A DNA stretch of 64,000 bases from Candidatus Methanosuratincola verstraetei. GTDB lineage: Archaea; Thermoproteota; Methanomethylicia; Methanomethylicales; Methanomethylicaceae. The DNA lies in the NCBI GenBank assembly GCA_049570475.1, contig CP186953.1:928001-992000 (forward strand), read 5' to 3'. This document shows positions 10,086-20,393 of the stretch, piece after piece (the first letter of the stretch is position 1; every line of letters starts with the position of its first letter). Both the position numbers and the translations under genes were made by a program. Under the pieces are notes generated by a model, which searched no databases, was not told the origin of the DNA, and saw only the letters and a list, made by a program, of their open reading frames with translations.

Positions 10086-10493
10086 ATGTCAGATTTCATT
10101 GACATTTCAGGGAATTTGGTTAAGAAGGGGCTGAAATATGCAAAAACGCACGAATGGATAGACCTGTCATCCTCGCCTTCAAAGGTAGGCATATCGGACT
10201 TCGCTCAGCGGAGCCTACACGATGTCGTATATGCGGACCTCCCGAAGGTCGGTCAGGCGGTCAAGCGGGGTCTGACCCTATGCACACTGGAGTCGATCAA
10301 GGCAGTTGCAGAGGTCTACTCTCCGGTTGACGGCGTGGTGGTCGAGGTGAACGCAGCGCTTGAAAGCAACCCCGAGCTAGTCAACAAAGATCCGTACGGT
10401 GATGGCTGGCTGGTAAAATTGCAGGTAACGGGCGGAACAGAGGGCCTTCTTGGGGCTGAAGAGTACTCCGATCTGGTCAGGAAACAGATCTGA
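10086..10493 (+). CDS. gcvH: Glycine cleavage H / lipoyl carrier protein
   Basis: HEW, GISDFAQ, ESIKA (lipoyl Lys) and NKDPYGDGWL motifs. Confidence 0.95.
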   Translation: MSDFIDISGNLVKKGLKYAKTHEWIDLSSSPSKVGISDFAQRSLHDVVYADLPKVGQAVKRGLTLCTLESIKAVAEVYSPVDGVVVEVNAALESNPELVNKDPYGDGWLVKLQVTGGTEGLLGAEEYSDLVRKQI

Positions 10494-10519
10494 GCTTTTC
10501 CCCATGCCTTTTCGGGCCT

Positions 10520-11647
10520 TTACTCGATCCCTTTGACCATCATCATCTTGGCGAAGTTGTAGTCTGCAATCACTCTAATTGGCCCCAAAAGGTGTGCATC
10601 GAGCTCGGGATCCCCTGTGTCGACCCTCAGGGACCTGGTCCACCTCAGCTTTTCCCTGGTCGCAACCACTACCACGTTCTCCTTCCCCACCATCCTGATT
10701 ACCCTTGGGCTTATCTGCTGGTTCCCCCTCCCGAAGATGAATCCTTGGTTCCCGATGGGGGAAACAATGATCTTCGCCTTTCGGTCCTCGACATTCCTGA
10801 AGATGATCTCCTCAGGGGCGTCTGCTGCAACGAGAGCTTTGTCCCTAACAATGTCGACGCCGAGCTGCGAGCCATCGATGCCGAGAACTTGGTTTATCTT
10901 CTTGACAGTGCTGCCTGGGCCGAGCACATAAGTCACGCCCCCCTCCATCCCCTCGACTATCCACCTGGCTATGGCTAGGGCATTTTCGCTGACCTCGTCC
11001 CCGGGCTGCGATGCAACCTTCATGCCCTGAATCCTCTCTGGGTCGTAAGGCACGCTCATATACCCGTATATCCTTGATGAAACCCTCCCCTGCCTGAACG
11101 CTTCCTCATCCACATCCGCAACCTCCGCCTCCTTCAGGGGGAGCTCCCCCCAGAGGAACCTTACGAGTATCCAGGCAGCGGCCTCTGGGCTCACCGCGAA
11201 GACACCGCTGTGCATCTTGACCCCCGCAGGGATGCCTATGACCGGGACCTTGTCCCCCACCGTGTTCAAGATGTCCCTGGCGGTCCCGTCCCCTCCGCAG
11301 AACGCAATGACCTCGACCCCTTCCTCAAGCATCCTGGAAGCTGCCAGCTTAGTGTCTTCACTCGTAGTCCTAGCTTTCCTCTCCATCCCTTGCACCATCC
11401 GGAATGGCAGGGATGCCCTCCTGAACGCATCCTCCCCCATCTCACCAGGGCATGTCAGGAAGTCAATGGCCACTCCTAGTGGCTTCAATTTCTCCAGGAA
11501 CCTCGTCGCCCTTCCGACAGAGACCTTGGCTGCACCGAGCTGGATGGCCCTCTCGACCAGGCCGTCGGTGCCTTTCAGCCCGACCGCTCCACCCATTCCT
11601 GCCACGGGGTTGATGATTAGTCCTGCCTTTCTGATACCCGGCGCCAT
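10520..11647 (-). CDS. ATP-NAD/AcoX-like kinase family protein
   Basis: INPVAGMGGAVGLKGTDG, GGDGTARD, GVKMHSGVF and GRGNQQ motifs. Confidence 0.85.
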   Translation of the reverse strand: MAPGIRKAGLIINPVAGMGGAVGLKGTDGLVERAIQLGAAKVSVGRATRFLEKLKPLGVAIDFLTCPGEMGEDAFRRASLPFRMVQGMERKARTTSEDTKLAASRMLEEGVEVIAFCGGDGTARDILNTVGDKVPVIGIPAGVKMHSGVFAVSPEAAAWILVRFLWGELPLKEAEVADVDEEAFRQGRVSSRIYGYMSVPYDPERIQGMKVASQPGDEVSENALAIARWIVEGMEGGVTYVLGPGSTVKKINQVLGIDGSQLGVDIVRDKALVAADAPEEIIFRNVEDRKAKIIVSPIGNQGFIFGRGNQQISPRVIRMVGKENVVVVATREKLRWTRSLRVDTGDPELDAHLLGPIRVIADYNFAKMMMVKGIE

Positions 11648-11687
11648 GCTTCCGCCACCAATGACCGCGCAGAGGGGCACACTGAGT

Positions 11688-14600
11688 CTAGATCTTCTCA
11701 ATGCTTATCGTGTACTTCTCTCCCTCGATCTCCCATGCCTCTGGGGTCCCAAAATCGGGTTCCTGTAGAGATATCCTGAGCTCCTTTGCTCTTACTTCCC
11801 CTGCAATCTGTGTCGCCCTGCTCTCGAGCGCCCTCCTCGCGTCCTCCGAAGGCGCTGTCACAAACGCTTTGATGTAGTCGTCCACGTTCAGGTCAGCGCG
11901 TTTTCTCATCTCCTGTATCCTCCTCACAACATCCCTGGCTAGCCCCTCGGCAAGCAACTCATCGCTCCTTGTGGTATCGATGAATATCTCCCCATACTTG
12001 CACTTCTCGCTCCTATAGTTCTCAGGGAGCCTCTCTTGGACATTCACATACTCCCTCTTCACTTCCACCCTGCCCACCCCGTCTACCTCCACCCAGACCG
12101 CCTCACCGCGCGCGAAGGAGTCCATGGCCCCCTTCCCGTTGAGTTTGCTGATGGCATCAGCCACCCTCCCGCTCTTTTCCCTGAAGACTGGGCCGAGGAT
12201 TGACCTGTTGGGGATCAGGATCACGTCCTTCATCCTCCACCCCTCTTCGGGCGTTATAACCTCCACTTCCTTCACGTTCGCCTGGTCCTCGATCACTCCC
12301 TTCATCCTCTCTATTGCCGCCTTCACCGATTCGCTATCAGTCACGACCTTCATCCTGAGGAGTGGCATTCTGGTCTTTATCCTGGCGGCCTGCCTCGTGC
12401 TGAATGATGCCTCAATCACTTCTTTGACCACTTTCATCTCCTCCTCAAGCTTTGGATCAATCCTCTCTTCAGATGGGGTCGGCCACTTGAGCATGTGTAC
12501 GCTCTCCGGCATCCCCTCCAGGCCAGCGAAGACGTTCCGGTAGATATCCTCCGACATGAATGGGACTATGGGTGCGATCAGTTTCAGGTAATTCAAGAGG
12601 ACATGGCTCAGGGTCGCATATGCGGCTAGCTTGTCCGGGTCCTCCTCCTCCGTCCAAGTCCTCCTCCTGATCAGTTTTATGTACCACCTGCTGACGTCGT
12701 CCCTCATGAACTCCTCTAGCTCCCTCACCGCATCGAAGACCCTGCAGCCTGCCATCGCCTCGGTAACCCTCTTGATCAGGCCCTCGAGCTTTGAGATTAT
12801 CCACCTGTCCTCCAGCCTGAGATCCTTCTCAACGCTCCCGATCGTGTGCTTCCCAGGATCGAAATTGTCAAGGCTCATGTAGAGGCTGGCGAAGTAGTAC
12901 GTGCTCCAGAGGATGTTGAGGAATCTTGCGGTCTCCTCTATCGACTTCCAAGTGAACCTTAGGTCCTCCCATGTAGTGCACCCGAGCTCGTACCATCTAA
13001 GCGTGTCCCTTCCAAACTTCTCTATTACCTCCTCGGGGAAGACGACATTGCCTAGGGACTTGTGCATTGCCCTTCCGTCTTGGGCAGTGGTGAAACCGTG
13101 CATCAAAACCCGCCTGTACGGCGCCTCATTGAAGAGCACGACGCTGCAGACCATAAGCGTGTAGAACCAACCTCTGGTCTGGTCCTGCCCTTCAAGGATC
13201 AGGTCTGCCGGCCACCACCTCTCGAAACCTTCCTGCCTCTTCGGGTAGCCTAGGCATGCGAACGAGGCAGACCCTGAATCCATCCAGACGTCAGCGACAT
13301 CCGGCACCCTTTGCATCTCCCCGCCGCATCCACACCTCAGCTTTATCCTATCCACCCAAGGGCGGTGGAGCTCGATCTCTCCGGAACCGGGGGCGCTCTC
13401 TCTCAGCTCTTCTATGGATCCAATGACGCGGTGCTTGCCGCAGGAGTCGCAGACCCAGATCGGGAGAGGTATCCCCCAGTACCTCTGCCTCGATATCACC
13501 CAGTCCTTCGCGTTCTTTATCCAGTTGCCGAACCTCGCTTTCCCTGCCCACTCCGGTATCCATTCGACCTTCTCATTCTCCTCGAGTAGGCGCTCCTTGA
13601 GTTCCGTGACCTTGATGAACCACTGCGAGGCAGTCCTCAGGATCAGGGGCGTCTTGCACCTCCAGCAGTGTGGGTACCTGTGCCTCGTCCTCTCCGTCTT
13701 GAACAGCAGTCCTTTGGACTTGAGATCCTCTATTATCTCCCCGTTCGTCTCCCTAACACTCTTCCCGGCGTACTTGCCCGCCTCATTGGTAAAGCGCCCG
13801 CGCTCGTCCACGGGGCAGAAGTCTGGCAGCCCGTACTCCTCACCGACGGCGTGATCCTCCTCGCCGTGTCCTGGTGCGGTGTGGACGCATCCAGTGCCTT
13901 CCTCCAGCGTGACGAACTGGTCGCTGAGTACGACGAAGTGCGCAGGGCTCAGCTTCGACTGCTCAGGCACTTCCTCTAGGAGAGGTGCCCTGTACCTGAG
14001 GCCCCTCATGTAGGATCCGGGGAACTTCTCCAAGACCTCGTATTCCCTGCCTGTGTCGGAGAACACGTGGTCGAGCCTCGCCTCCGCAAGGATGTATGTC
14101 TCCCCTCCAGATCTCGCGCGCACGTACATGAAATCAGGGTGCACCATCACGGCGGCATTCGCAGGCAGAGTCCACGGCGTTGTGGTCCAGATCAGTATGT
14201 ACTCGTTTTCCTTGCCCTCGACCTTGAACTTCACATATATGGACTCTTCTTCCAGTTCCCTGTACTCGTCCGTGGCCTCGTACCCTGCTAGCACCGTCTC
14301 GCACCTCGGGCACCAGTGGACGACCTTCTTACCCTTCCCGAGGAGCCCTCTCTCGTCTGCCCTCTTCAGCATCGCCCAGACCGACTCTATGTAGTAGTCG
14401 TCGAGGGTCCTGTAGGGGGAATTCCAGTCCATCCAGACCCCGAGGTTCTTGAATTGCCTTGTCGCGATCTGGAGGTTCTCGAGGGCAAACGACTTGCACG
14501 CCTTTATGAAGTTCTCTATCCCCATCGTCTCTATCTCTTTCTTGCTCTTTATTCCGATCTTCTTCTCTACCATCACTTCTATAGGTAGACCGTGCATGTC

Positions 14601-14855
14601 GAACCCTGGCTGGTCCCTAACCCTGAAGCCGTTCATCCTGTAAAATCTGATGTAGGCATCCTTGAGTATCTTGTTCCATGCCGTGCCTACATGTATCGGG
14701 TTCGTCACGTACGGCGGTCCGTCCAGGAAGTAGAACTTCTCTTGCCCGGCTTGCCTCGCCTTCTCCTCTATCCCTTTTTCCCGCCAGTACGCGAAAACCT
14801 CTTCTTCTACCTGCTTCGACTTGTAGTCCTTTGGAATCTTGCCTATGCGCGACAT
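11688..14855 (-). CDS. ileS: Isoleucine--tRNA ligase
   Basis: DGPPY, HVGT (HIGH), WTTTPWTLP, SRQRYWG, EGQDQTRGWF and AMHKS (KMSKS) motifs. Confidence 0.98.
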   Translation of the reverse strand: MSRIGKIPKDYKSKQVEEEVFAYWREKGIEEKARQAGQEKFYFLDGPPYVTNPIHVGTAWNKILKDAYIRFYRMNGFRVRDQPGFDMHGLPIEVMVEKKIGIKSKKEIETMGIENFIKACKSFALENLQIATRQFKNLGVWMDWNSPYRTLDDYYIESVWAMLKRADERGLLGKGKKVVHWCPRCETVLAGYEATDEYRELEEESIYVKFKVEGKENEYILIWTTTPWTLPANAAVMVHPDFMYVRARSGGETYILAEARLDHVFSDTGREYEVLEKFPGSYMRGLRYRAPLLEEVPEQSKLSPAHFVVLSDQFVTLEEGTGCVHTAPGHGEEDHAVGEEYGLPDFCPVDERGRFTNEAGKYAGKSVRETNGEIIEDLKSKGLLFKTERTRHRYPHCWRCKTPLILRTASQWFIKVTELKERLLEENEKVEWIPEWAGKARFGNWIKNAKDWVISRQRYWGIPLPIWVCDSCGKHRVIGSIEELRESAPGSGEIELHRPWVDRIKLRCGCGGEMQRVPDVADVWMDSGSASFACLGYPKRQEGFERWWPADLILEGQDQTRGWFYTLMVCSVVLFNEAPYRRVLMHGFTTAQDGRAMHKSLGNVVFPEEVIEKFGRDTLRWYELGCTTWEDLRFTWKSIEETARFLNILWSTYYFASLYMSLDNFDPGKHTIGSVEKDLRLEDRWIISKLEGLIKRVTEAMAGCRVFDAVRELEEFMRDDVSRWYIKLIRRRTWTEEEDPDKLAAYATLSHVLLNYLKLIAPIVPFMSEDIYRNVFAGLEGMPESVHMLKWPTPSEERIDPKLEEEMKVVKEVIEASFSTRQAARIKTRMPLLRMKVVTDSESVKAAIERMKGVIEDQANVKEVEVITPEEGWRMKDVILIPNRSILGPVFREKSGRVADAISKLNGKGAMDSFARGEAVWVEVDGVGRVEVKREYVNVQERLPENYRSEKCKYGEIFIDTTRSDELLAEGLARDVVRRIQEMRKRADLNVDDYIKAFVTAPSEDARRALESRATQIAGEVRAKELRISLQEPDFGTPEAWEIEGEKYTISIEKI

Positions 14856-15002
14856 GCCGTCTGCCCCAGATACCTGAAATCTTTTGCCGCTTCGATATTA
14901 ACCCTTTCCTTGGAGCCCTGCTGCCCCTATTCTGATCCAGTTAAACACCATAGGGTTTAAATTGCTCTCGGGATAAGGTCAATTGTTTTGGTGATATAAA
15001 CA

Positions 15003-17036
15003 ATGAGCCGTAAGGCAAACTTCCCTTTGAGGAGCCTTAAGTTGGGAATTAACGACCTTCTCGTTTACGTCTCGCTGATCGCTATACTCGCCCTCGGAGT
15101 GACCGTACGCCTGCTCCCGCTGAAATGGGGGATTTACCTCGACGAATTCGATCCGTACATCCAGTACAAAGGGGCTCAGTACATCGTCGAGAACGGCTTC
15201 AGCGCATGGTACACTTGGTTCGACCCCACGAGGTGGGCGCCCTGGGGGACCGACCAGTCCACGGCTGGACTGCCGGGGGTACCGTTCGCGGGCGCTGCCG
15301 TGTTCCTGCTGCTGAACTTCCTCGGAATAAGCGTCCCGCTCTTTGATGTGGTCGTCTTCTTCCCGGTTTTCGCCGGCGGCGTGATCATCATCTTGGGCTA
15401 CTTCCTCGGAAAGGAGCTGGTGAATAGGGGGGTGGGACTGCTGACCTCGCTGATCCTTGCCATCGACTCAACTGCCATCCAACGGACCTCCCTCGGCTTC
15501 TTCGACACGGAGTCCGTCGGGATGATTGGGATGCTCATAGCCCTTGTCTTCTTCGTCAAGTCGCTCAAGGGCAGGACTGTCCCTTATGCCGTGGTCTCAG
15601 GGCTCGGGCTCGCCCTCATGGCTATCTCGTGGAGGGCCTTCCTCTACACAATAAACTTCCTTGCGCTCTACGTGGTGGTAATGGTGCTGCTGGGGAGGTG
15701 GAACAGGCGCATGACAACTTCGTTCGCAATCGTCTCCTCGATAACGCTCTTTGCCGTCGCGGCGACACCTGCTTATGGCTTCTCCACCCTCATCTCCCCA
15801 TACACAATAGGCGCCTATGTGGCATTCCTTGTTTGCATCGTCAGGGCGCTCGCCGAGGGGATCCCTGACCCTAAGAAGCGCACCAAGTTCACCATCGGCG
15901 TCGTCGCCTCGGTCTTGGTCGTGGTTGGCGCGCTCACGCTGTCTGGGGTGTTCGGAGACATCACTGGGAAGTTCTTGGCAATCGTGAACCCCTTTTCGCG
16001 CACGGACGAGGGCGTCAGGACGGTCGGGGAGCAATTCCCGTCCACCTGGTCACAGTTCTTCTCGACATACCGCTCCTTGATACTGCTGCTGCCTGTGGGG
16101 ATTCTATATGCGTTGAGGCGCCTCAGTGACGAGGCCATCTTCATAACACTGCTTGCCATCACCGCTCTCTATGGCGCTGGATCCTTCGTCCGCCTGCTGA
16201 TACTCGTCGCACCCGCAGTGGCGATAGCCTCTGGGTATGCCCTCAGCTCCATAATCGCAACGGTCCGCCCCGTCCTGAAGCACGAACTGGACCGTAAGAG
16301 CAAGGCTTCCCTGCTTGGCAAGTACTATGGTTTCTTCACTATAGCCCTCATCGCAGCCACGATAGTTCCGGTTGTCGCGGACTCCCCTGGGATCAGGTAT
16401 GCGGACCGCCCTGCAATGATTGTGTCCGCCTCAACGGGTATGCGCCAGGAGATCCCTGACTGGATCGAAGCGCTCGCCTGGATGAGGGACAACATACCTC
16501 AGGACGCGATTGTCGGGTGCTGGTGGGACTATGGATACTGGATTAACGTCATGGCCAACAAATCCGTGATCGACGACAACGCTACCATCAACGGGACCCA
16601 GATCGTCCAGGTTGCTAAGGCCTTCCTCAACAACGAGTCCGTTTCGCTCGAGATCTTTAGGGCGATGAACGTCTCTTACGTCGTGGTCTATGAACCATTC
16701 ACACGGGTGTCGACAAACCCGCCGCTGGCCCTGCCTCCATGGTACATACTTGGAGACTTTGAGAAGTCCACCGCCATGATGGTCTGGGCGGGATACAATT
16801 CTACTGATTACATCTCCCCTGTGACGATAAACTTGGGAGGGGTCCTCTACAGCTACCCGTTGCCCGCCGGACCGAAGGCTGCAAATGCCACGCTATACCA
16901 GCTGCTCTTCTACCCATACAGGGATGCGTACAACCAGACTTTAGGGATTCGAATACCTGCCCCTCAGAACTACCAGCTTGTATACATCTCTCCCAGCAAC
17001 GGGTGGGTGATGATATACAAGATCAATTACCCATGA
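15003..17036 (+). CDS. aglB: Oligosaccharyltransferase AglB (STT3)
   Basis: EFDPY, GFFDTE, TVGE, WWDYG and DNAT motifs; about 13 TM helices. Confidence 0.95.
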   Translation: MSRKANFPLRSLKLGINDLLVYVSLIAILALGVTVRLLPLKWGIYLDEFDPYIQYKGAQYIVENGFSAWYTWFDPTRWAPWGTDQSTAGLPGVPFAGAAVFLLLNFLGISVPLFDVVVFFPVFAGGVIIILGYFLGKELVNRGVGLLTSLILAIDSTAIQRTSLGFFDTESVGMIGMLIALVFFVKSLKGRTVPYAVVSGLGLALMAISWRAFLYTINFLALYVVVMVLLGRWNRRMTTSFAIVSSITLFAVAATPAYGFSTLISPYTIGAYVAFLVCIVRALAEGIPDPKKRTKFTIGVVASVLVVVGALTLSGVFGDITGKFLAIVNPFSRTDEGVRTVGEQFPSTWSQFFSTYRSLILLLPVGILYALRRLSDEAIFITLLAITALYGAGSFVRLLILVAPAVAIASGYALSSIIATVRPVLKHELDRKSKASLLGKYYGFFTIALIAATIVPVVADSPGIRYADRPAMIVSASTGMRQEIPDWIEALAWMRDNIPQDAIVGCWWDYGYWINVMANKSVIDDNATINGTQIVQVAKAFLNNESVSLEIFRAMNVSYVVVYEPFTRVSTNPPLALPPWYILGDFEKSTAMMVWAGYNSTDYISPVTINLGGVLYSYPLPAGPKAANATLYQLLFYPYRDAYNQTLGIRIPAPQNYQLVYISPSNGWVMIYKINYP

Positions 17037-17088
17037 CTTCCCGTCCCGTCTGGCGATTGGGGACAATGAGCCCCCTTTTCTTTTTCCT

Positions 17089-17268
17089 TTAACCCTCTTC
17101 TTCCTTCGCGTCGGCTTCCTTAAGGGCCAGCCTGAACCTGCTGTATCTGTCGTGGGGAGAGAACTTTGCAGGATGCGGGATCCTGAGACTACCGCCGCAC
17201 CTCGGGCAGGAGTCCTGTTTCAGCGTGTATGCGCCGCATGATGTGCATTTCCTGAGCATTCCCTTCAT
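17089..17268 (-). CDS. nop10: H/ACA RNP protein Nop10
   Basis: KCxxCxxYTL...CPRCG...PHPAKFSPxDxY. Confidence 0.95.
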   Translation of the reverse strand: MKGMLRKCTSCGAYTLKQDSCPRCGGSLRIPHPAKFSPHDRYSRFRLALKEADAKEEEG

Positions 17269-17281
17269 TTGCACAGCGCCT

Positions 17282-18070
17282 CTAGCGGACGAATTCTGCA
17301 GTCCCGCCCGATTTCCTGAAGGTGTTAGCTATTGCCTCGAACGCTGACTTCATCTGCTCCTCGGCAACCCTGTAGTCCTTGGCAGAGATCTCTATCCTGT
17401 ACCTTGGGGCGCCCAGAGTGTAAACCTCTACATTTGCCACTTTCGGATCGACCGCCTTCATCCCTTCGCTGAGCGCCCTCTTGATTTCTTCGACCCCCTC
17501 AGGTCTGTTCGTGGCAAGCTTAACCTCGCCCGTTATCTGGACCATTGGCGCTTCTATGTGGTCCTTTGAAGCATCATACAGCGCCCTCGCCCAATCCTCG
17601 CTTATTCCTGCCTCTAAGACCGCCTTCGTCCCCCTCTGAACGAGTTGCTCTAGCCCAGCGTATAGATCGCCGTATTTTTCCTCGAGTGGGATCCCGACCA
17701 GCTTGATCGCATCCTGGGGCTCCTTCCCAAGCTTCTTGGCTGCCATCTCCAGGATCTTTTCAGCTTTCTTCGACTTCTTCCACTGGATGAGCTTCTCCTT
17801 CTTCTCCCTCTCGGTTACCTTCCTGAGGGAAAGGTCGATGTGACCCTTCCTTTCGTCGATCCTGATCACCTTTAGGACGAGTTTTTGCCCCTCCTTTACA
17901 AAGTCCTTGATGTTCTTTACCCATGTTGAGGCGACCTCGCCTATCGGTACATAGCCGTTCTTGCCATACTCGTCCAGGCTTACGTAGACGCCGTGCTCCT
18001 GAAGCCTAACAGCAGTCGCAATCACGAACTCCCCGATCTCCGGGTATTCTTTCTTTCTGAGAACCATCAT
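17282..18070 (-). CDS. eif2a: Translation initiation factor 2 alpha
   Basis: S1 domain (YPEIGE, LDEY, IDLSLR) and GAPRY; canonical context. Confidence 0.96.
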   Translation of the reverse strand: MMVLRKKEYPEIGEFVIATAVRLQEHGVYVSLDEYGKNGYVPIGEVASTWVKNIKDFVKEGQKLVLKVIRIDERKGHIDLSLRKVTEREKKEKLIQWKKSKKAEKILEMAAKKLGKEPQDAIKLVGIPLEEKYGDLYAGLEQLVQRGTKAVLEAGISEDWARALYDASKDHIEAPMVQITGEVKLATNRPEGVEEIKRALSEGMKAVDPKVANVEVYTLGAPRYRIEISAKDYRVAEEQMKSAFEAIANTFRKSGGTAEFVR

Positions 18071-18199
18071 CAAACACCTACAATCCATTGACGGGTGAGC
18101 TTGAACTTCCAACTCGAAGTAAGCATATTGAACGACAAGTTATAAGTTTATCCCAAAAGCTCTAGGGCAGAATATTGCCCTATAAAAAATGGTGGGCTT

Positions 18200-18397
18200 C
18201 TAGCTTATTTCCCTGACCTTGTCAGAGAGGATCTCGCTCTTGCCTCCGGTCGGCAGAGCCAGGTCCTTCCCGCAAATGTTGCACTTCACAACAGTGGCGA
18301 CGTGCGAGAATACTGGCTGCTCGTTCCCGCACTCCGGGCACTGGACCATGTAGAACTTGCTTCTCGGCACAGGCGTGAGCATCTCTTTCCTCTTCAT
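18200..18397 (-). CDS. rps27e: Ribosomal protein S27e
   Basis: PRSKF..VQCPECGNEQ..FSH..CNICG..PTGGK. Confidence 0.97.
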   Translation of the reverse strand: MKRKEMLTPVPRSKFYMVQCPECGNEQPVFSHVATVVKCNICGKDLALPTGGKSEILSDKVREIS

Positions 18398-18407
18398 ATC
18401 ATGCACC

Positions 18408-18683
18408 TCAGACTATCTCCAGCTTCTTTAGCCTGATTCCTTTCCTCTGGTTCTGGTAGCCGCACTTCTTGCACTTCAGCTTTAGGCTAAGCTTCTTGGT
18501 CGTCTTGGCCGTCCTCTTCTGGACCGGCTTCCTCGAGCTGCCGTAGCCTAGCTTTTTCCTCTCGTACCTCCTTGTGCCCTCTGCCAGCGCCCTCTCCTTG
18601 CCTTTCTTGTAAAGGGTCACGCTGTGGGCCGTGTAAGCCTTACACCTTGGGCAGTACGTGTTTATCTCTTTTGGTGCCTTCAT
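18408..18683 (-). CDS. rpl44e: Ribosomal protein L44e
   Basis: TYCPRC, GYGS, KTTKK and CKKC motifs. Confidence 0.97.
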   Translation of the reverse strand: MKAPKEINTYCPRCKAYTAHSVTLYKKGKERALAEGTRRYERKKLGYGSSRKPVQKRTAKTTKKLSLKLKCKKCGYQNQRKGIRLKKLEIV

Positions 18684-18688
18684 CTCGA

Positions 18689-19162
18689 TTACCTCTTGAT
18701 CTCTGCTGCGATCCCCCTCTTGATGAGGGCTTCAGCGTTCTGCGCTGGAAGCAGCGCAACGTCCTCGGTCTTATAGGGGCCATATGTTTTTAAATCTACC
18801 CCTATGAACGGTGGAACATCTCCAAGCAATCTGGCTAATATCTTTTTCGTACCACATGCAGGAGCCTGTTCCGGAGCTTTTTCCTTGAAGAACCCCTTCT
18901 CATCCTCAAGCAGCCTCTCAGGATCGAGGGTCCCAGAAAGGAAGTCCCTGCATATCTTGGACTTCCTGAGCAGCCTGAGCTCCGCAAGCGCAGTCTTGGC
19001 CCTATTCAGCTCCTCCTGCATCAGCCTGCCCCTCACGCCTTCCGCGCCCCCGGCGAGCTCCTCAAGATACCTGTTCACTTCGTGGATGAACCCGTCCGGG
19101 AGCCTCTGCAGCTCCTGGCTCTCCCTCTCAGCCGTCCAGAAGTCCAGTATCCTCCTGTACAA
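18689..19162 (-). CDS. GINS subunit (Gins51/Gins15-like)
   Basis: Helical A domain plus C-terminal B domain (FIGVDLKTYGPY..EDVALLP..NA..LI..G); adjacent to priS; TTG start after GGTGA. Confidence 0.85.
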   Translation of the reverse strand: MYRRILDFWTAERESQELQRLPDGFIHEVNRYLEELAGGAEGVRGRLMQEELNRAKTALAELRLLRKSKICRDFLSGTLDPERLLEDEKGFFKEKAPEQAPACGTKKILARLLGDVPPFIGVDLKTYGPYKTEDVALLPAQNAEALIKRGIAAEIKR

Positions 19163-19169
19163 ATCCGTT

Positions 19170-20393
19170 TCACCTCGGCTCGGCCGCTCCTCTGCATATA
19201 AGGTATAGACCAAGCGCCAGGGGAACCTCCAACGTTTTGTCCTTCAGAGGCCCCAGCTCTTCGTCCCCTATCCTTACACGAGGGGCTTCTTTAACATATA
19301 TCCTTATACTGCCGTGCCTGAAGGCTACAGCCTCCTTAAGCGGGTCGAAATTGTCGATGCAGCTGTAGTTCACACGTAGCGTCCTGAGCCCCGACTTCCC
19401 GTGCAGGCTGTTTGGGCACCTTATCAGCCTTTTTGAATCGATGGTGACCCTCTCGTCTATGTTGCAAGTGAGGCCCTTGATCGACGCGAACGCTATTTTT
19501 TCGAGGCTCTCTAGCGTGTATCCCTTCAGGCCGCCCCAGTAGGGCGGGTAGGATGATATGTTCCTGAGGAACTTTTCCTTGTTCTCGTAAAGGCTCTTCG
19601 CCACGGTTGGGGCGACTACCTTTCTCATATCCTCGAGTGAAGACCTGTTGACGAATTCATAGACTGCCCTTGCGACCCTGCCCCTCCAGCCGCCATCTTT
19701 CATGTCTGGGCCCACTAGTATCCCACTCTTTTCCTCCCTGAATCCATGCGCCCTAATGTCGAGCCCGATGCCCCTCACATAGTCGGCAATCTCCCTCCTC
19801 CCGTCCCCTGAGAGCATACGGAACGTTCCGCCCCTCACGTGTATGTGGTAACCCCTATGTCCGGAGAAGAAAACCTCGAAATCGGATTCCGAGACCCCAA
19901 AGTCTGGGAGGAGGTACTCATCGATTATCTTTACCACTTCCTTCTTTGCGGCCTCCAGGCAATCTTCGCAGATCCAGGTCCGCGTGTCGATCTTCTTCAT
20001 CCCGCAGTTTGGGCAGCTCTCGGGGGGGAAGCCAGTCCCGTCCCTCCCACACTCCATGCAGCGCCACCGATCATGCCTCTCCTTGCACTCTGTCCTTATG
20101 TGGTCCGAATCAACATCGAAGATGAGATCCGCCCCGAGCCACCCCTTTTCATTCATATCAGTCGCCTCGGGGGCCTTGTAATAAGCCGAGGAATGGTAGA
20201 TATGTGCAGGCGTGTTCTCCACGATGTAGCCCTTCAGTGATTGTGGATCGAGGAACTTCATGTGTCTTATCATTACCTCTCCGCCGAACTGGAGGAATGC
20301 AAACTCCCTCTCCGGCATATCCGGTATCTCGAGATCCTCCGCCCTCAATCCTGAGTAGTACTCCCTAAACTCCTTTCTTACGATCTCGTGCAC
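19170..20393 (-). CDS. priS: DNA primase small subunit
   Basis: REFAF, DLIFDVD, FSGHRGYH, D..VTID..RLIR and SLHGK motifs. Confidence 0.96.
   Translation of the reverse strand: MHEIVRKEFREYYSGLRAEDLEIPDMPEREFAFLQFGGEVMIRHMKFLDPQSLKGYIVENTPAHIYHSSAYYKAPEATDMNEKGWLGADLIFDVDSDHIRTECKERHDRWRCMECGRDGTGFPPESCPNCGMKKIDTRTWICEDCLEAAKKEVVKIIDEYLLPDFGVSESDFEVFFSGHRGYHIHVRGGTFRMLSGDGRREIADYVRGIGLDIRAHGFREEKSGILVGPDMKDGGWRGRVARAVYEFVNRSSLEDMRKVVAPTVAKSLYENKEKFLRNISSYPPYWGGLKGYTLESLEKIAFASIKGLTCNIDERVTIDSKRLIRCPNSLHGKSGLRTLRVNYSCIDNFDPLKEAVAFRHGSIRIYVKEAPRVRIGDEELGPLKDKTLEVPLALGLYLICRGAAEPR

Noticed and set aside
13050-13080. IleRS KMSKS motif reading AMHKS
   Set aside because: xMHKS variants are usual in crenarchaeal-type IleRS, so this is a taxonomic hint and not a defect.
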